A DNA stretch of 64,000 nucleotides from a virus. A model generated the notes under the pieces. The model searched no databases. It had not been told where the DNA came from and saw only the letters and a program-made list of their open reading frames with translations. Position 1 is the stretch's first letter. Every line of letters begins with the position of its first letter. The translations under genes were made by a program, and so were the position numbers. Below, in pieces: positions 30,101-40,986 of this stretch. The stretch spans positions 1 to 64,000 of IMG/VR virus record IMGVR_UViG_3300045581_000334; one strand, written 5' to 3'.

Positions 30101-30518
30101 TTTGCTGATTCTCCGATCTTTTTACTGATGAATTGTATCCAATAACTTTTCCAAAAGGATCTGTTATAGGAGTAGTGCCCATTATTTCAAACACTGTTGG
30201 TGTATCATTTGGTGAGTTTATTTCTGTCCATATATAATTGTTGTTAGCATCTCTAATGTTTGTTATTTTTTCTCTCAAGGTTAGTCTTTGTGCAGTTCTA
30301 ATTTGTAAAACCTGATCATTATAATACTTGTTTCCCATAACCTGTTTGTCGCTTGTTCTGGTAGATGATGAGTTACTTATTACTCCCTTTGCGTGACATG
30401 GCAAAGTTTTGTAAAATATCCATTGCTTTTTAATTGCTCCAGTATCTGGATCTTGCTCATCTGTTTGTCTGTAAACATCTAACTTCATAGACAAGACTGC
30501 ATCTACGATTGTGTTCAT
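30090..30518 (-). CDS. Head-closure (stopper) protein
   Basis: D..TG..K.W pattern, size and synteny. Confidence 0.65.
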   Translation of the reverse strand: MNTIVDAVLSMKLDVYRQTDEQDPDTGAIKKQWIFYKTLPCHAKGVISNSSSTRTSDKQVMGNKYYNDQVLQIRTAQRLTLREKITNIRDANNNYIWTEINSPNDTPTVFEIMGTTPITDPFGKVIGYNSSVKRSENQQIGF

Positions 30519-31495
30519 TAGATTATTGCCGCACCAGATAATACGTAGTCTGCCAGTAATTTATCGGCATAAGCATTTCCAGTTCCTCTAAATACATCTA
30601 CATTGTACTCAAAATCCCAATCGAAAGTAGACATATTTTTTATGTAGTTATTCTTCCAGTTAATATCATTTGAGAAATAATCTTTCATAAGCTCTATTCC
30701 AGCAAGCTCTACGCTATCGGGAACCTTTTCCCAACCAAATCTGCCATTAACTTCGTAAGTTGTATCTGATCTAAATACTCCGCTAGAATCATGTATGCTG
30801 GGAGGAACCATACCGTTTGCAGTATAAACAGTATTGTCTAACATAGCAGCACGATTTATTCTTAATCCATATCCTGTTGTAACAATTTCTACATTGTAGT
30901 TCCAATTATTAATACCTTGAATATTATTTACTAGCAATATATCGTTTGCATATAGTTCATGAAGATCATACATTTTTGCTGGCAAGGGGAGTACGTCTGA
31001 GTTGTATCCAGTTATTGAATAAGACTCATCATATAAATAAAACTTTTGATGGGTATATTCCTCTATACGCTTTCTAGCATACTTTTCTGCACGACATAAC
31101 TCTTTATATGATTTATAGTTTGGATCAGAAGGATCTATGCTAATCCCTAAATCTTCTATATGGTTAAAATCCACATATGGAGTTACTACAAAAACCTCAT
31201 CCTCTTTATATACAAATTTTTCTCCAATATAATATTCCCACTTTAATCTCAGTGTTTTATTTCTATTGGTGTGGTTTAACGGTATATAAACAGTATAAGA
31301 CCCAGGATTAGTTTCATCCGCCACCGCCGTCAATGTTTCTAAAAGTGTTGTTGGTGCAATTGGAGGATTTATTGCTGGGTCGTTTGTAACATCGTAAACT
31401 TTTACGATAGGATCATTTTCTGGAACTGCTATATCGCCATTCCAGAATATTTGATGCGTTACTGGAGATTGTGAATTTAATAATATCTCTGCCAT
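30518..31495 (-). CDS. Head-tail adaptor protein
   Basis: A...IEEYT.QKF and G.FGW..VP..V..A motifs; synteny. Confidence 0.7.
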   Translation of the reverse strand: MAEILLNSQSPVTHQIFWNGDIAVPENDPIVKVYDVTNDPAINPPIAPTTLLETLTAVADETNPGSYTVYIPLNHTNRNKTLRLKWEYYIGEKFVYKEDEVFVVTPYVDFNHIEDLGISIDPSDPNYKSYKELCRAEKYARKRIEEYTHQKFYLYDESYSITGYNSDVLPLPAKMYDLHELYANDILLVNNIQGINNWNYNVEIVTTGYGLRINRAAMLDNTVYTANGMVPPSIHDSSGVFRSDTTYEVNGRFGWEKVPDSVELAGIELMKDYFSNDINWKNNYIKNMSTFDWDFEYNVDVFRGTGNAYADKLLADYVLSGAAII

Positions 31496-31504
31496 TTAGC
31501 AGGT

Positions 31505-31903
31505 TTAGTTGTAGTACTCCTGTACCTCTCTTGGCGTAGCCAACCTAAACCCTTCCTCCTTATCAAAAATTTGCTGTGCTTTTTCAGGCTTCATAGCAAC
31601 AAAAGGATGTTCCTTTGTAAACGTATGTCCTGCAATATCATATCTATAATTTGCACGTGTCATTCTAACCAAAACCATGTCGTCTTCTAACTCTTGGTTA
31701 GGGTCAAACTTTGGTAAAACTTCTGGTGCTTCTTCTTTTGAGTCTTCTATGTTTTTTAGTGTGCTTTGATAGACTGACCAAGTTACGCCTTCTTCTGCCA
31801 ATGCGGCAATAATATCTGCTTTATTTTTTAGTCCATCTGTTTCTACGGCAAAATCGCCAGCAATTTGCTTTAGCTCTTTTACCTTCAGTGTGTCAAATGA
31901 CAT
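31505..31903 (-). CDS. Protein with N-terminal Rho-N/HeH-like motif
   Basis: LKVKELKQIA....G..NKADII..L. Confidence 0.65.
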   Translation of the reverse strand: MSFDTLKVKELKQIAGDFAVETDGLKNKADIIAALAEEGVTWSVYQSTLKNIEDSKEEAPEVLPKFDPNQELEDDMVLVRMTRANYRYDIAGHTFTKEHPFVAMKPEKAQQIFDKEEGFRLATPREVQEYYN

Positions 31904-31952
31904 ATTTACTCCTTTGGTATGTAAATAAATTATAGCATTAGTAGGTTAAAAG

Positions 31953-31985
31953 GAAAAGCCCCCAAAAATAATTTGAGGGCTTTTC
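31953..31985 (-). terminator. Intrinsic terminator after the major capsid gene
   Basis: GAAAAGCCCTCAAA-TTATT-TTTGGGGGCTTTTC followed by CTTTT. Confidence 0.85.
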
Positions 31986-32010
31986 AGCAGTTTTAATTCC
32001 TATTTATTAA

Positions 32011-33045
32011 TTAGGAAGCAACTTTAACGTTCTTAACAACAACCCACGCATCTGCCTGCTCGATTTGGCATCCAACACGAGTATACATTGTATATTCGAT
32101 GGAGTCCTTCTTCGGCCAGAAGAAGCGATAAACTGTCACGTCACGCTTAATACCAATAACTACGTTATTTGGGAATGTCAAGTGGACATCTCCGAGATCA
32201 TTGTCAGCACCCTGGGTTTCCTTCAATAGAGGAACTTCGACAATTGGAATACCAAATGCGAATGGAGCTGTGAATCCAGCTGGACCACCAAGACCTGCGG
32301 TCTCACCACGGATAATGCTTGCAGCAATATCTTGTGGGTTGACGTTAGAAATATTCTGTGATGTAGAATATAAATAATCTTGGATCAAGTTAGATCCTGA
32401 CAAGAAGCGAAGATCTGGTCTACGCTGCTTGTACTTACGTGGCATAGCCTTAAGTGCGCTATTGAAGATAGAGCGATCAATGACTGCTCCATCTGCATCA
32501 ACGACATGGCCGTTAGCCTTAGCAATCTTTACAATGCCGTCAAAAGCCTTGTATAGGTTGTCTGAGCTAAGAGCAGTATCTCCATTAAGGACTACGTCCT
32601 CAAGGTCGTTACCTGCCTGTGTTGCCATAAGTCTTGCAATATGATCTTCGAGATCGGCACCTTCAATGTTATCTTCTAGAGACTCTGTTGAAAGCTCCCA
32701 ATCTAAACGAAGCTTCTTTGTTGTGAGAGAAATCTTTGAGAACTGTACGGCAGAATTTGTGCCAGTGTTCTCGGCTTCAGCGGCAAGCTTCATAAGCTTT
32801 TCGCCAACTCCAATACGATCTATCTCAGTGGTATCAGCTCGCATGCGAACTGTACGTGCTAGCTTTCCGACTACTGTTGCATCGAACATGTAATCAAGGA
32901 ATCTTGCGGACTGCTCAGGATTGAGCAAGCCACCCTTACCCTCGGAACCGACATGGATTCCATCGGTGGGGTTAGCTGCTCCAACCATACTACCTGTTAG
33001 GGTTGTATCTGCTGCAGCCGCTTTAGCTAATAGTTCATTACTCAT
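32011..33045 (-). CDS. Major capsid protein (HK97 fold)
   Basis: GGLLNPEQ, ISL..KK, E.LED, LNGD, FGIPIV patterns; follows the protease; strong terminator. Confidence 0.92.
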   Translation of the reverse strand: MSNELLAKAAAADTTLTGSMVGAANPTDGIHVGSEGKGGLLNPEQSARFLDYMFDATVVGKLARTVRMRADTTEIDRIGVGEKLMKLAAEAENTGTNSAVQFSKISLTTKKLRLDWELSTESLEDNIEGADLEDHIARLMATQAGNDLEDVVLNGDTALSSDNLYKAFDGIVKIAKANGHVVDADGAVIDRSIFNSALKAMPRKYKQRRPDLRFLSGSNLIQDYLYSTSQNISNVNPQDIAASIIRGETAGLGGPAGFTAPFAFGIPIVEVPLLKETQGADNDLGDVHLTFPNNVVIGIKRDVTVYRFFWPKKDSIEYTMYTRVGCQIEQADAWVVVKNVKVAS

Positions 33046-33063
33046 TAGTTATTTCACCTACCC

Positions 33064-34482
33064 TTATTTTATCAATTCACTAACGGAACCGAGGAAAGTG
33101 CCGTTCCATTTTGATTTCTTTATTGTTACTTCCTGAGACCCGCCAAGGTCTGAGGACTTCTTAATTGCAGTCTCTGATTCGACTGCGTCTACTCTCTTCT
33201 CAACACCATCAATGGTATTTTTGATCGCATTTACTGCTTCTGAGAGTGCTGTGTGCTTTTCTGCTAATTCTGAAATTCTAGCATCTACGCCCTTGCTGAA
33301 AGTTTCAACTGTTTCTTTAATAGCTGAGACCTGAGCGGCGTTTGCCTCAGAGGCTTTTTCCAAAGTCTCCGAGAAGAACCCCTTAAGGTCGCCTAGCATC
33401 TTTGCAAAATCAGGTTCACTAACTTCAGCTTCTGATACGTCGGCTGCTTTTTCCAGAACTTCGGCAGAAGTGTTTTCTTCTGTAGTATTCTCTACCTCTT
33501 CAGACTTATTCAGATCAGCTGCAGGAGCTTGCGCTACTGGTGCTTCAGGAGCTTGCGCTACTGGTGCTGCTGGTGCTGCTGGTGCTTTTGCTGCTTGTGC
33601 CTTTGCATTTTGTTCTGCAAGTACATCTTTAGCATCACGAGCTTTCTCCAAAGTCTCTTCGGTAGTTGTTGTGGTATCTACGTTATTTTCCACTTCATTA
33701 CCTCCTTCTGCGTTTGCCTGTTTTGCAATTGTTTGTGTATCAGGCAACGTTTGCAATCTTGATTTATATGAATCAAGAATCTTATCTATTTCTTTTGACT
33801 TGTTAGTGTCATTTGATTCCACCCAACCAATAAGTTCTGTCTTCTTACCAGTAACTGGTGAAATATACTCAGACTCTGTTGACATAAATACAGAATCACT
33901 TTCTGCACAATAAAAAATATTCTCCATTTTTACATCTGCAGCAATGCCCTTGAAAATCATTTGACCATTGACTTTTTCAATAGACAATATGTTACAGAGT
34001 TCATTTGCTGGAGAATCAACTATTGATAATTCAACAAGTGAGTAATCTTTAATGAAACGGACGCTTTGTCCTGTAGACTTATTTACTTCCGTATCTGAGT
34101 CTATAATTTTTCCGCCGATTGAAAATCCTGTAAGTGTTCCATCAAGAACTTTTTCCCAAGTATCTTGTGCGCCTTTTGAAATGTATGCATCAACATACAC
34201 TCCGTTATAAAATTCTTTTGTTTTTGGATCATAATAAGTTTCTGGTCTAAAAGATGCAACTTTGCCAACCGCCATCGGCTGATGCATTTCTCTTAGATTT
34301 CCACGGAAGCTTTCAAATGCTTTCATGCTTGCTTCTTGCGTGACCACATCACCAGTCTGATCTAGGTTATCAAGTGTTGCGAAACCTGAGACTGTTCTCT
34401 TTTCTCTGTTGACCTTCGTAAATGGAACTGATAAATTAATAGCATTTCCATTCGAAGACCAATGTGATTTTTCAATGGTCAT
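33064..34482 (-). CDS. Prohead maturation protease with C-terminal scaffold
   Basis: V.GFA..D..GD, REMH, GFSIGG, ELSIVDSPAN; Ala/Pro/Glu-rich linker and coiled coil. Confidence 0.92.
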   Translation of the reverse strand: MTIEKSHWSSNGNAINLSVPFTKVNREKRTVSGFATLDNLDQTGDVVTQEASMKAFESFRGNLREMHQPMAVGKVASFRPETYYDPKTKEFYNGVYVDAYISKGAQDTWEKVLDGTLTGFSIGGKIIDSDTEVNKSTGQSVRFIKDYSLVELSIVDSPANELCNILSIEKVNGQMIFKGIAADVKMENIFYCAESDSVFMSTESEYISPVTGKKTELIGWVESNDTNKSKEIDKILDSYKSRLQTLPDTQTIAKQANAEGGNEVENNVDTTTTTEETLEKARDAKDVLAEQNAKAQAAKAPAAPAAPVAQAPEAPVAQAPAADLNKSEEVENTTEENTSAEVLEKAADVSEAEVSEPDFAKMLGDLKGFFSETLEKASEANAAQVSAIKETVETFSKGVDARISELAEKHTALSEAVNAIKNTIDGVEKRVDAVESETAIKKSSDLGGSQEVTIKKSKWNGTFLGSVSELIK

Positions 34483-34537
34483 ATGTGTATATTATAGGCT
34501 TTTATATATCTAAAGGCAAATAACTAGTTGAGTAGGA

Positions 34538-36118
34538 CTACTCGACTTGTCTGCCGTCGCCCTTTGCGTTCCTGCCCTCCCCTGAATTATCTGGGGAATT
34601 TGCGGCACGTTCTCCGTCCCTAGTTCTGCTTTGCATAGCCTGAGCTTTAATTTCAGCAGCTTTAGCGGCTAAATCGACTACTTCATCTCCGCCTTCTCTT
34701 GGAACCATACCCTTTCTAATTCTAATTTCATTAGGGGTAATTACTTGTAATCTCAAATATCTTTCATCAATCTTAGACTGAGTATCTTCATCGGTCAAGC
34801 TTAATTCATTAAATTTAAGAACTAAGGCATCCGTCATTTCTTGAATAACCTTATTTAATTTCTTTTCAAGAATATCCTGCGCTGGTGCACAAACTTGCTC
34901 TTTAAATGTTTTATCAGCATCTCTAGCATTTGCCAATGATATTCCAGTAGCCGTTCCAACCTTATTAATTGGAACTCTGTGAGCCATTAATATTTCATCT
35001 CTATTTGCTTGGCGATAAACATTAAATGATGACTCTTGTGCTCCCGCCTCAATTGGCTCCATTTTAAATTCAGTTTTAGAATCTGGAGAATCTGGTGGTA
35101 GCGGAATATATAAAGATCTGTGGTTTTTGCCACGAAGACCTACTTGGAAAAACTCTAATAATTTACGCTCAGACTCAGGTGATAATTTAGCACCCTTTAC
35201 AGTAATAATATATCTTGGGACTGCCTTATTCTCAAAATAATCTAAGTTATATTTGCCAGCAAATTCATTACCAGCCATTGCATTCTGTGCGGCAATGATA
35301 TCTGGAATTCCATAATAGTTATTCTTAGGAGTATATTTCTTCAAATGAATAATTTCATTTGGACGGTCTGTCGCCCCTGCAATTGGATTGGGGGTTTCAG
35401 TATCTCCAAAGTTGCGGAAGAATACAGCCTTGCCATACAGCAACTGCACAAAACCGTCTCTGAGGCGTCTTACACGCATTGTCTTTGAAGGGATGTGTCC
35501 GATGTACCCTATCTTTCCAGCAGTCGTTCTACCGACCTCTAGATAGCCATTACCAGTGGCCTCTACGTCAGTATAGAACTTAATTAGGGTCTCTTTAAAT
35601 GTCTCTTCCTCATTACAGTCCTCAAGCCACTGATGTAAATCTTGTTTAATTCTATTTAATTTTCTACGTGCTCTTTCTAATTGCTTCTCATCATCAATTG
35701 AATCTAATAAATCTGTAGTCTTTCTACTTTCAATAAAGTCAAATCCTAGGCCAACGATATTAGAAACCTTAGCATTAATTGCTGCATAATTGTATGGAGA
35801 AATTTCATATATCGTAGATAGATAATCTAAATTATATTCAGGTTGAACAAGATCAAATAATGCGTATCCGCTTACCGCCTGCTGTATCAATAACTGCTGT
35901 GTTCCAGATCCATCTGTACCAACAAACTTTTTCTGAATGTCTCTGCTTGCTTTTCTTCTTAATGCTGGGCTAAGACCAGAGAGCTTTAATATCTCTTCGC
36001 CTTCTAGAGAAAATGGGTCATCATTCTTTTGTGTTATAGTAGAATTAAATCTAACCCAGTCTGCAGCGTTAGATATTTCTACATTGTTTGAAGGTGTGTC
36101 TTCTTCATACTCAATCAT
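34538..36118 (-). CDS. Portal protein
   Basis: GNGYLEV, EIIHLK..YYGIP, YFEN.AVP, I..AHRVP, TPNEIR motifs. Confidence 0.93.
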   Translation of the reverse strand: MIEYEEDTPSNNVEISNAADWVRFNSTITQKNDDPFSLEGEEILKLSGLSPALRRKASRDIQKKFVGTDGSGTQQLLIQQAVSGYALFDLVQPEYNLDYLSTIYEISPYNYAAINAKVSNIVGLGFDFIESRKTTDLLDSIDDEKQLERARRKLNRIKQDLHQWLEDCNEEETFKETLIKFYTDVEATGNGYLEVGRTTAGKIGYIGHIPSKTMRVRRLRDGFVQLLYGKAVFFRNFGDTETPNPIAGATDRPNEIIHLKKYTPKNNYYGIPDIIAAQNAMAGNEFAGKYNLDYFENKAVPRYIITVKGAKLSPESERKLLEFFQVGLRGKNHRSLYIPLPPDSPDSKTEFKMEPIEAGAQESSFNVYRQANRDEILMAHRVPINKVGTATGISLANARDADKTFKEQVCAPAQDILEKKLNKVIQEMTDALVLKFNELSLTDEDTQSKIDERYLRLQVITPNEIRIRKGMVPREGGDEVVDLAAKAAEIKAQAMQSRTRDGERAANSPDNSGEGRNAKGDGRQVE

Positions 36119-36459
36119 TTGTTGCCCTTCCTCAATTTAGCCATTTCATCTTTGTGAACACCTATATCCAGAGGATCTGGAGTAAGCCCCCATCTCAGTC
36201 TTTGTTTTTGATACTCAAACTCTTCATCATCAATTTGTCTGCTTCCTTCAAGGAACTTCGGGTTGCCCTCCGAAATTCCATATCCTCTTACCGCCTTGGC
36301 TAATAAATTTATTCTATCTCTGTTATCTTTCATGGAGGCTATAGAAAGAAAGTTGCCTTCGTCATCGCCGATCCATCGACCATCAGGCATTTCCCAGACA
36401 TATACTCCAAGCCTGGTTTCATTTTCTTTAAATTTAGCGTTTGTCTTTTTAATATCCAT
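36115..36459 (-). CDS. Hypothetical protein preceding the portal
   Basis: 114 aa, coupled to the portal gene. Confidence 0.75.
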   Translation of the reverse strand: MDIKKTNAKFKENETRLGVYVWEMPDGRWIGDDEGNFLSIASMKDNRDRINLLAKAVRGYGISEGNPKFLEGSRQIDDEEFEYQKQRLRWGLTPDPLDIGVHKDEMAKLRKGNK

Positions 36460-36522
36460 AGGTAATTATTTTACCACTTTCAATGCCTCAAGTCCAGCTT
36501 TTTGTCAACTTAAATGACAAAA

Positions 36523-38286
36523 CTATGCGTTATCTAAAACCACCCAGTCAAAATCATAGGTCTTAGGGCCAAGATCTGTCAGTGTGAAGGCAGAATCATC
36601 TGCTACCAACACCTCATCCCCTATATAGAAATTATAATTAGTTAAATGATTTACATTTGGGTCTTCATAAATTGCTATTATGTTATATAGATTATTTGGC
36701 AAGGACCCAGACCTGACACCATTATCTGACTTTGTATTAAACCAAATCTGACCAGTTATGGCTGAGGGTGTTTTGATCATAATATAATTTGGCTCTCCTA
36801 TATTTATATACTGTGATATATTTGTAATAGAAGAAACGTCTTGTCCATTTATGTATAGCCCTGATATATTTGATTTGGATAATACTCCTCCTGCCGCCCA
36901 AGACAAGCTATACTCCTGTCCGCCAGTTTCATTATAAAATAGATATCCAGATGATAAAGATTCTGGGACAATAAATAGCTCTAAAGATCTTATATCATCT
37001 ATGGTTTCCAAATAGAACCCAGCGCCTAAAGGTCTTATGCCGTTGTCATAGTTTCTCGATATTATCTGATACTCTCTGTTTGAAAAATCTACATCCCAAT
37101 TAGATCCAGAAGAAGGTTGAGATACCGAAATAAATGATCTTCCGTTATGAGAAAATAATTTTTTGTCTTCATAAAGATATGCGCCCATATAGTATATTTC
37201 TGGAACATGTGTGTTTATATCATGTGTTTCAAACACTACCTTAAAGTATATTTGTTTTTCATTTAAGAATGTTTCGCCTAATTCTATACCTGGTATTACA
37301 GATCCGTTGGTGCATTCTTCCCATACTGTATTTTCACCATCATAATCTAATGAAGAATACACAGAAATACCTTCAGTTCCAAACCATTCTATTTTTGAAG
37401 AAACATAGTCTTTATATGGAAGTGGAGCAATCGAAGTTTCGAAGTAATATCCTGAAGCTCCCTTTAAATACAGACTATTTTTTTCTCTTCTAAAACCAAT
37501 ATTGTCATTTTCAAAAAGTGTAAATGGTATATAAGCTGGCCAGGAAAATTGATCTGGCTGGTCTTGATGCTGTAGGGTAGATTTAAATAGTTGTCCAAAA
37601 TTACTTTTAACTATTTGAACATTTGTGTTTATTGGAATATGTTGATAATGAGATTGTATTTTGTTAATATTAAGAGCATACCTGTATATTGCTGGAGCAT
37701 CTATTAAAAAATATTCTGATGTGTTTGCTGGGCCGCTTTCGATCTCAAGAGACGGATTTGTAAATGTCACACCTCCTACATATTTAGATGCAACTAATTC
37801 TGAATCAACATATAGCTTAAGAGAATTTATTTCATATACTGCAACAACATGAAATGCTTTATCCCTATATGGAACGCCGTAATCTACTCTTTCATTTTCT
37901 AACTTAAATACAATGTTTCCTTTTTCCCAATATATTCCTACCCCATTTTGATCCGCAAATATAGGAGTTAATGTAGTAATGTTTTTAGGATGAAACCAAA
38001 TTTCTAATGAGAAATCATTATCTTCTGTTTTTTCAATTCCAAATCCGCCTACTCCAGTTTGACCAGAAAAATCTTTTGTTATTGGAAAAGATATTGTATT
38101 TGTGTTTGTTATTTTATTAGAATGTGCCCCATTTGGCACTAAAGGAATATCTACTAGGTTTATAGTTCCAGAGTACGTAGCATTGTTTCCACATCCAGAG
38201 GAATCGTAAGCTATGGTTCCAGACGACTCATCCAGCTTCCAAAATCCGACTGGAGAATCTTTTAATATCGCACTATAGTATGACAT
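36523..38286 (-). CDS. LamG/concanavalin-A-like domain virion protein
   Basis: P.GFWKLDE..G..AYDSSG.GN, FSLEIW, HVVAVY..LYVD, IY.YAL...I..HY. Confidence 0.8.
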   Translation of the reverse strand: MSYYSAILKDSPVGFWKLDESSGTIAYDSSGCGNNATYSGTINLVDIPLVPNGAHSNKITNTNTISFPITKDFSGQTGVGGFGIEKTEDNDFSLEIWFHPKNITTLTPIFADQNGVGIYWEKGNIVFKLENERVDYGVPYRDKAFHVVAVYEINSLKLYVDSELVASKYVGGVTFTNPSLEIESGPANTSEYFLIDAPAIYRYALNINKIQSHYQHIPINTNVQIVKSNFGQLFKSTLQHQDQPDQFSWPAYIPFTLFENDNIGFRREKNSLYLKGASGYYFETSIAPLPYKDYVSSKIEWFGTEGISVYSSLDYDGENTVWEECTNGSVIPGIELGETFLNEKQIYFKVVFETHDINTHVPEIYYMGAYLYEDKKLFSHNGRSFISVSQPSSGSNWDVDFSNREYQIISRNYDNGIRPLGAGFYLETIDDIRSLELFIVPESLSSGYLFYNETGGQEYSLSWAAGGVLSKSNISGLYINGQDVSSITNISQYINIGEPNYIMIKTPSAITGQIWFNTKSDNGVRSGSLPNNLYNIIAIYEDPNVNHLTNYNFYIGDEVLVADDSAFTLTDLGPKTYDFDWVVLDNA

Positions 38287-38298
38287 GATTTTATTATA

Positions 38299-38865
38299 TC
38301 AGGCAAACAGTTCTGGGTTTAGTTTAGTAGGAAGCTCTGTTGTGCCTCTAACAAATACAGTGGTGAAATATCTTATATCGTCACTTAGGACGGGAAGTGA
38401 GCCGTGAACTATATGTCCTCCATGTATAAATAGCGAATTAGCTTTTGGCTTTATGGTAATTCCTAGATCAGGGTAGTCCAATTCTCCACCCTCATAGTCA
38501 TCATTAAAATATAAACACAATCCATACCCAATATAATAGTCTATATCAGTTCTCCACTGATCAGCATGATGCTGTATAAAATCTCCCTTTTTATACCTTT
38601 GTAAAATCATACCAGTAGGATAATACGAATAAGATTCAAATAAGGATTCCATTTTTTTATTTGCTCTTGAGAATACATTTTCTTCTTCAAAGACTATCTG
38701 TTTGCCAAACCAGAAATCGGGAATTTGATTTTTAACTCTCATCTCTTCATTATTCCAGTCTTCTTCAGAAAAACTGTTTATAATTTTTTTTACTTCTTCA
38801 AATTCTGAGTCTGTTAGGAAATTTTCTACCTCATAAACATCATCGTATATCTTGTTTATCTTCAT
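38299..38865 (-). CDS. 2OG-Fe(II) oxygenase, prolyl-4-hydroxylase-like (#7)
   Basis: HAD, YFNDDYEGGEL, distal H (VHG), R(Y). Confidence 0.9.
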   Translation of the reverse strand: MKINKIYDDVYEVENFLTDSEFEEVKKIINSFSEEDWNNEEMRVKNQIPDFWFGKQIVFEEENVFSRANKKMESLFESYSYYPTGMILQRYKKGDFIQHHADQWRTDIDYYIGYGLCLYFNDDYEGGELDYPDLGITIKPKANSLFIHGGHIVHGSLPVLSDDIRYFTTVFVRGTTELPTKLNPELFA

Positions 38866-38871
38866 AAATTC

Positions 38872-39540
38872 CTAATTATATTTATTATTATTTATGTGAC
38901 TTATCTCTATATGGTTTATATTTACATGACTAGGTAAAGATCCTACCCATCTAATTGTTTCAGCCATATCTGCAGCAGTTAAAGCGTTATCCTTTTTCTC
39001 TAACTGTGTGTCTATTGTTCCTGGGCACACTTCCGTAACCTTAATTCCATATGCTGGGAATTCCATTCTCATAGTGTCTATTAATCCCATTTCTCCACGT
39101 TTAGCATTTGAATAATTTCCGCTTCCACGGTATGGTACTTTTCCACACAAGGAAGTGACAAAAACAATAGTCGGAGATTCAGAATTTTTCATTGCTGGTA
39201 CAAACAATTGAGACAAATACATTGGTCCAGAAACATTGATATCATACGCTCTTCTAAAGTTTTCCATAGTTTCGTTTATTAGATATGTTGGCCCTGCTCC
39301 ACCGCCAGCATTATTTACTAATAGATCTAAAGTTATATCTTTATATTTATCGTAGAATGCCTTGATGGCTTTTTCATCAGTAATGTCTAAGCTGTATGTC
39401 TCTATGTTGTCAGAAGCAATCTCTGCCAACTTAGATAAATTACGTGACACAGCAATAACTTTGTACCCATTTTGGGATAAAACTTTTACTGTTTCGTAAC
39501 CTACGCCCTTGCTAGCTCCAGTAACTATGGCGGTTTTCAT
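38872..39540 (-). CDS. Short-chain dehydrogenase/reductase
   Basis: TGASKGVG, NNAG, catalytic YSNAK. Confidence 0.92.
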   Translation of the reverse strand: MKTAIVTGASKGVGYETVKVLSQNGYKVIAVSRNLSKLAEIASDNIETYSLDITDEKAIKAFYDKYKDITLDLLVNNAGGGAGPTYLINETMENFRRAYDINVSGPMYLSQLFVPAMKNSESPTIVFVTSLCGKVPYRGSGNYSNAKRGEMGLIDTMRMEFPAYGIKVTEVCPGTIDTQLEKKDNALTAADMAETIRWVGSLPSHVNINHIEISHINNNKYN

Positions 39541-39542
39541 AT

Positions 39543-40241
39543 TTACATCGTTGGATTATTTACTGGCTCCATGGTTCTATACCAATGAAGTGGTACCATA
39601 TACTTAAATCCGCTCTTAACTAAGTGTGCGGTGTGATGATATGGTGGAGATGATGGGAATATAATAACGCTCCCTGCCTCTGGCTTAATGGCTATAGTAA
39701 CTCTGTTTCCATCTTTTGCTACGGCAAAATCTTCTTCTGGCTTGCCCTGTATGATTGGTGCGTCTGGAGATTCAATGGTAAATGAAAGTTCTCCACCCTC
39801 GTAATCATCGTTTAAATAAAACACAAGTGAGTACTTTAATCTAGTGTCTCCTTCTTGCTGATCAAAGTGTGCTCCCATGTAGGTTCCTGGGCTATACTTC
39901 TTAATATCAAATAATGGGAAATTGATGGGAGTTTCGTTGTCTCCGTGAGCTTCCGCATAATCTTTACAAACGGCATAGAAGGCATCCATGATGGTGTTAT
40001 AAATGTATCCAGCCTTATTGTCTGTTGTTTTAATTACTCTCTCTTCATCAGATGGGTTTACAGTTTTTTGAGCTCCGTAAAGATACATCTCTCCACTACA
40101 GGCTGTCCACTCATTCCATTTAGTAACTGAATTACCCCATTCCTCATTTTCTGTGGAATCAATCATCTCCACAAACTTTTTTGGATCTGGTATTACGTTC
40201 TTGTAATAGTAAACATTTTCTTCTAATATTTCTTTTTCCAT
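39543..40241 (-). CDS. 2OG-Fe(II) oxygenase, P4H-like (#6)
   Basis: HFD, YLNDDYEGGEL, FPS..PY.H, K(Y). Confidence 0.9.
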   Translation of the reverse strand: MEKEILEENVYYYKNVIPDPKKFVEMIDSTENEEWGNSVTKWNEWTACSGEMYLYGAQKTVNPSDEERVIKTTDNKAGYIYNTIMDAFYAVCKDYAEAHGDNETPINFPLFDIKKYSPGTYMGAHFDQQEGDTRLKYSLVFYLNDDYEGGELSFTIESPDAPIIQGKPEEDFAVAKDGNRVTIAIKPEAGSVIIFPSSPPYHHTAHLVKSGFKYMVPLHWYRTMEPVNNPTM

Positions 40242-40242
40242 G

Positions 40243-40986
40243 TCAATCTCCTATTTTATATTTCTTACCATTTGGATCAATCTTATAACCTTCTTTAAGA
40301 AGATCTTGCCACTCCGCCTTTTCTACTGCTTGCTGATCTCTAATCTTCTGCATTTCTTCTGCCCAAGCATCTCTGACTTCTTGTGGATAATCTGATTCTT
40401 CTCTATCGTCCCAGAAAGACCCTAGAGTGTATCTAACTCCTGAAGTTATCATACTTACTTCATGCATGTTATTAAATCCGCCATCAAATGCAGCTAACAA
40501 TCCAGTCTTAGGCTGTATGCTAATATCTTGTGATGGAAACTTAAGCATACCACCCTCAAAATTATCATTCAAATATAAGAAGGCTGCGTATCTACTTCTT
40601 GCAAATGGCCCAGTGTTTCCTTTTTCATCTGTGTTGTCTGAATGTATTCTTGCATATGCTCCAGGCTCCCACTTTTGAGTATGGTATCCAATTTGAACTA
40701 CCTTTTTAGGATCTAGTCCATGAACTGAAGCAACAGCATCTATAATTCCAGATCTAATTTGAGAAAATATGTCTGACTCCAAGCCAAACTCTTCTATCTC
40801 TGGATCTCCATCTTGTGGCAAAACCGATGAGTAAGATTCATAAAAAGAAATTGGAGTCCATGATAGTTTTTCTGTTTCAGCCTGCTTGTCTAAAACTTTT
40901 ATTAAAGCAGCGCACTGCTCTTCAGTTAAAAAGTTTTCATAAAGGACTATGTCCTTAGTCAATCTATTTTGATTATTTAAATTCAT
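40243..40986 (-). CDS. 2OG-Fe(II) oxygenase, P4H-like (#5)
   Basis: HSD, YLNDNFEGG, HEV, RYT. Confidence 0.9.
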   Translation of the reverse strand: MNLNNQNRLTKDIVLYENFLTEEQCAALIKVLDKQAETEKLSWTPISFYESYSSVLPQDGDPEIEEFGLESDIFSQIRSGIIDAVASVHGLDPKKVVQIGYHTQKWEPGAYARIHSDNTDEKGNTGPFARSRYAAFLYLNDNFEGGMLKFPSQDISIQPKTGLLAAFDGGFNNMHEVSMITSGVRYTLGSFWDDREESDYPQEVRDAWAEEMQKIRDQQAVEKAEWQDLLKEGYKIDPNGKKYKIGD

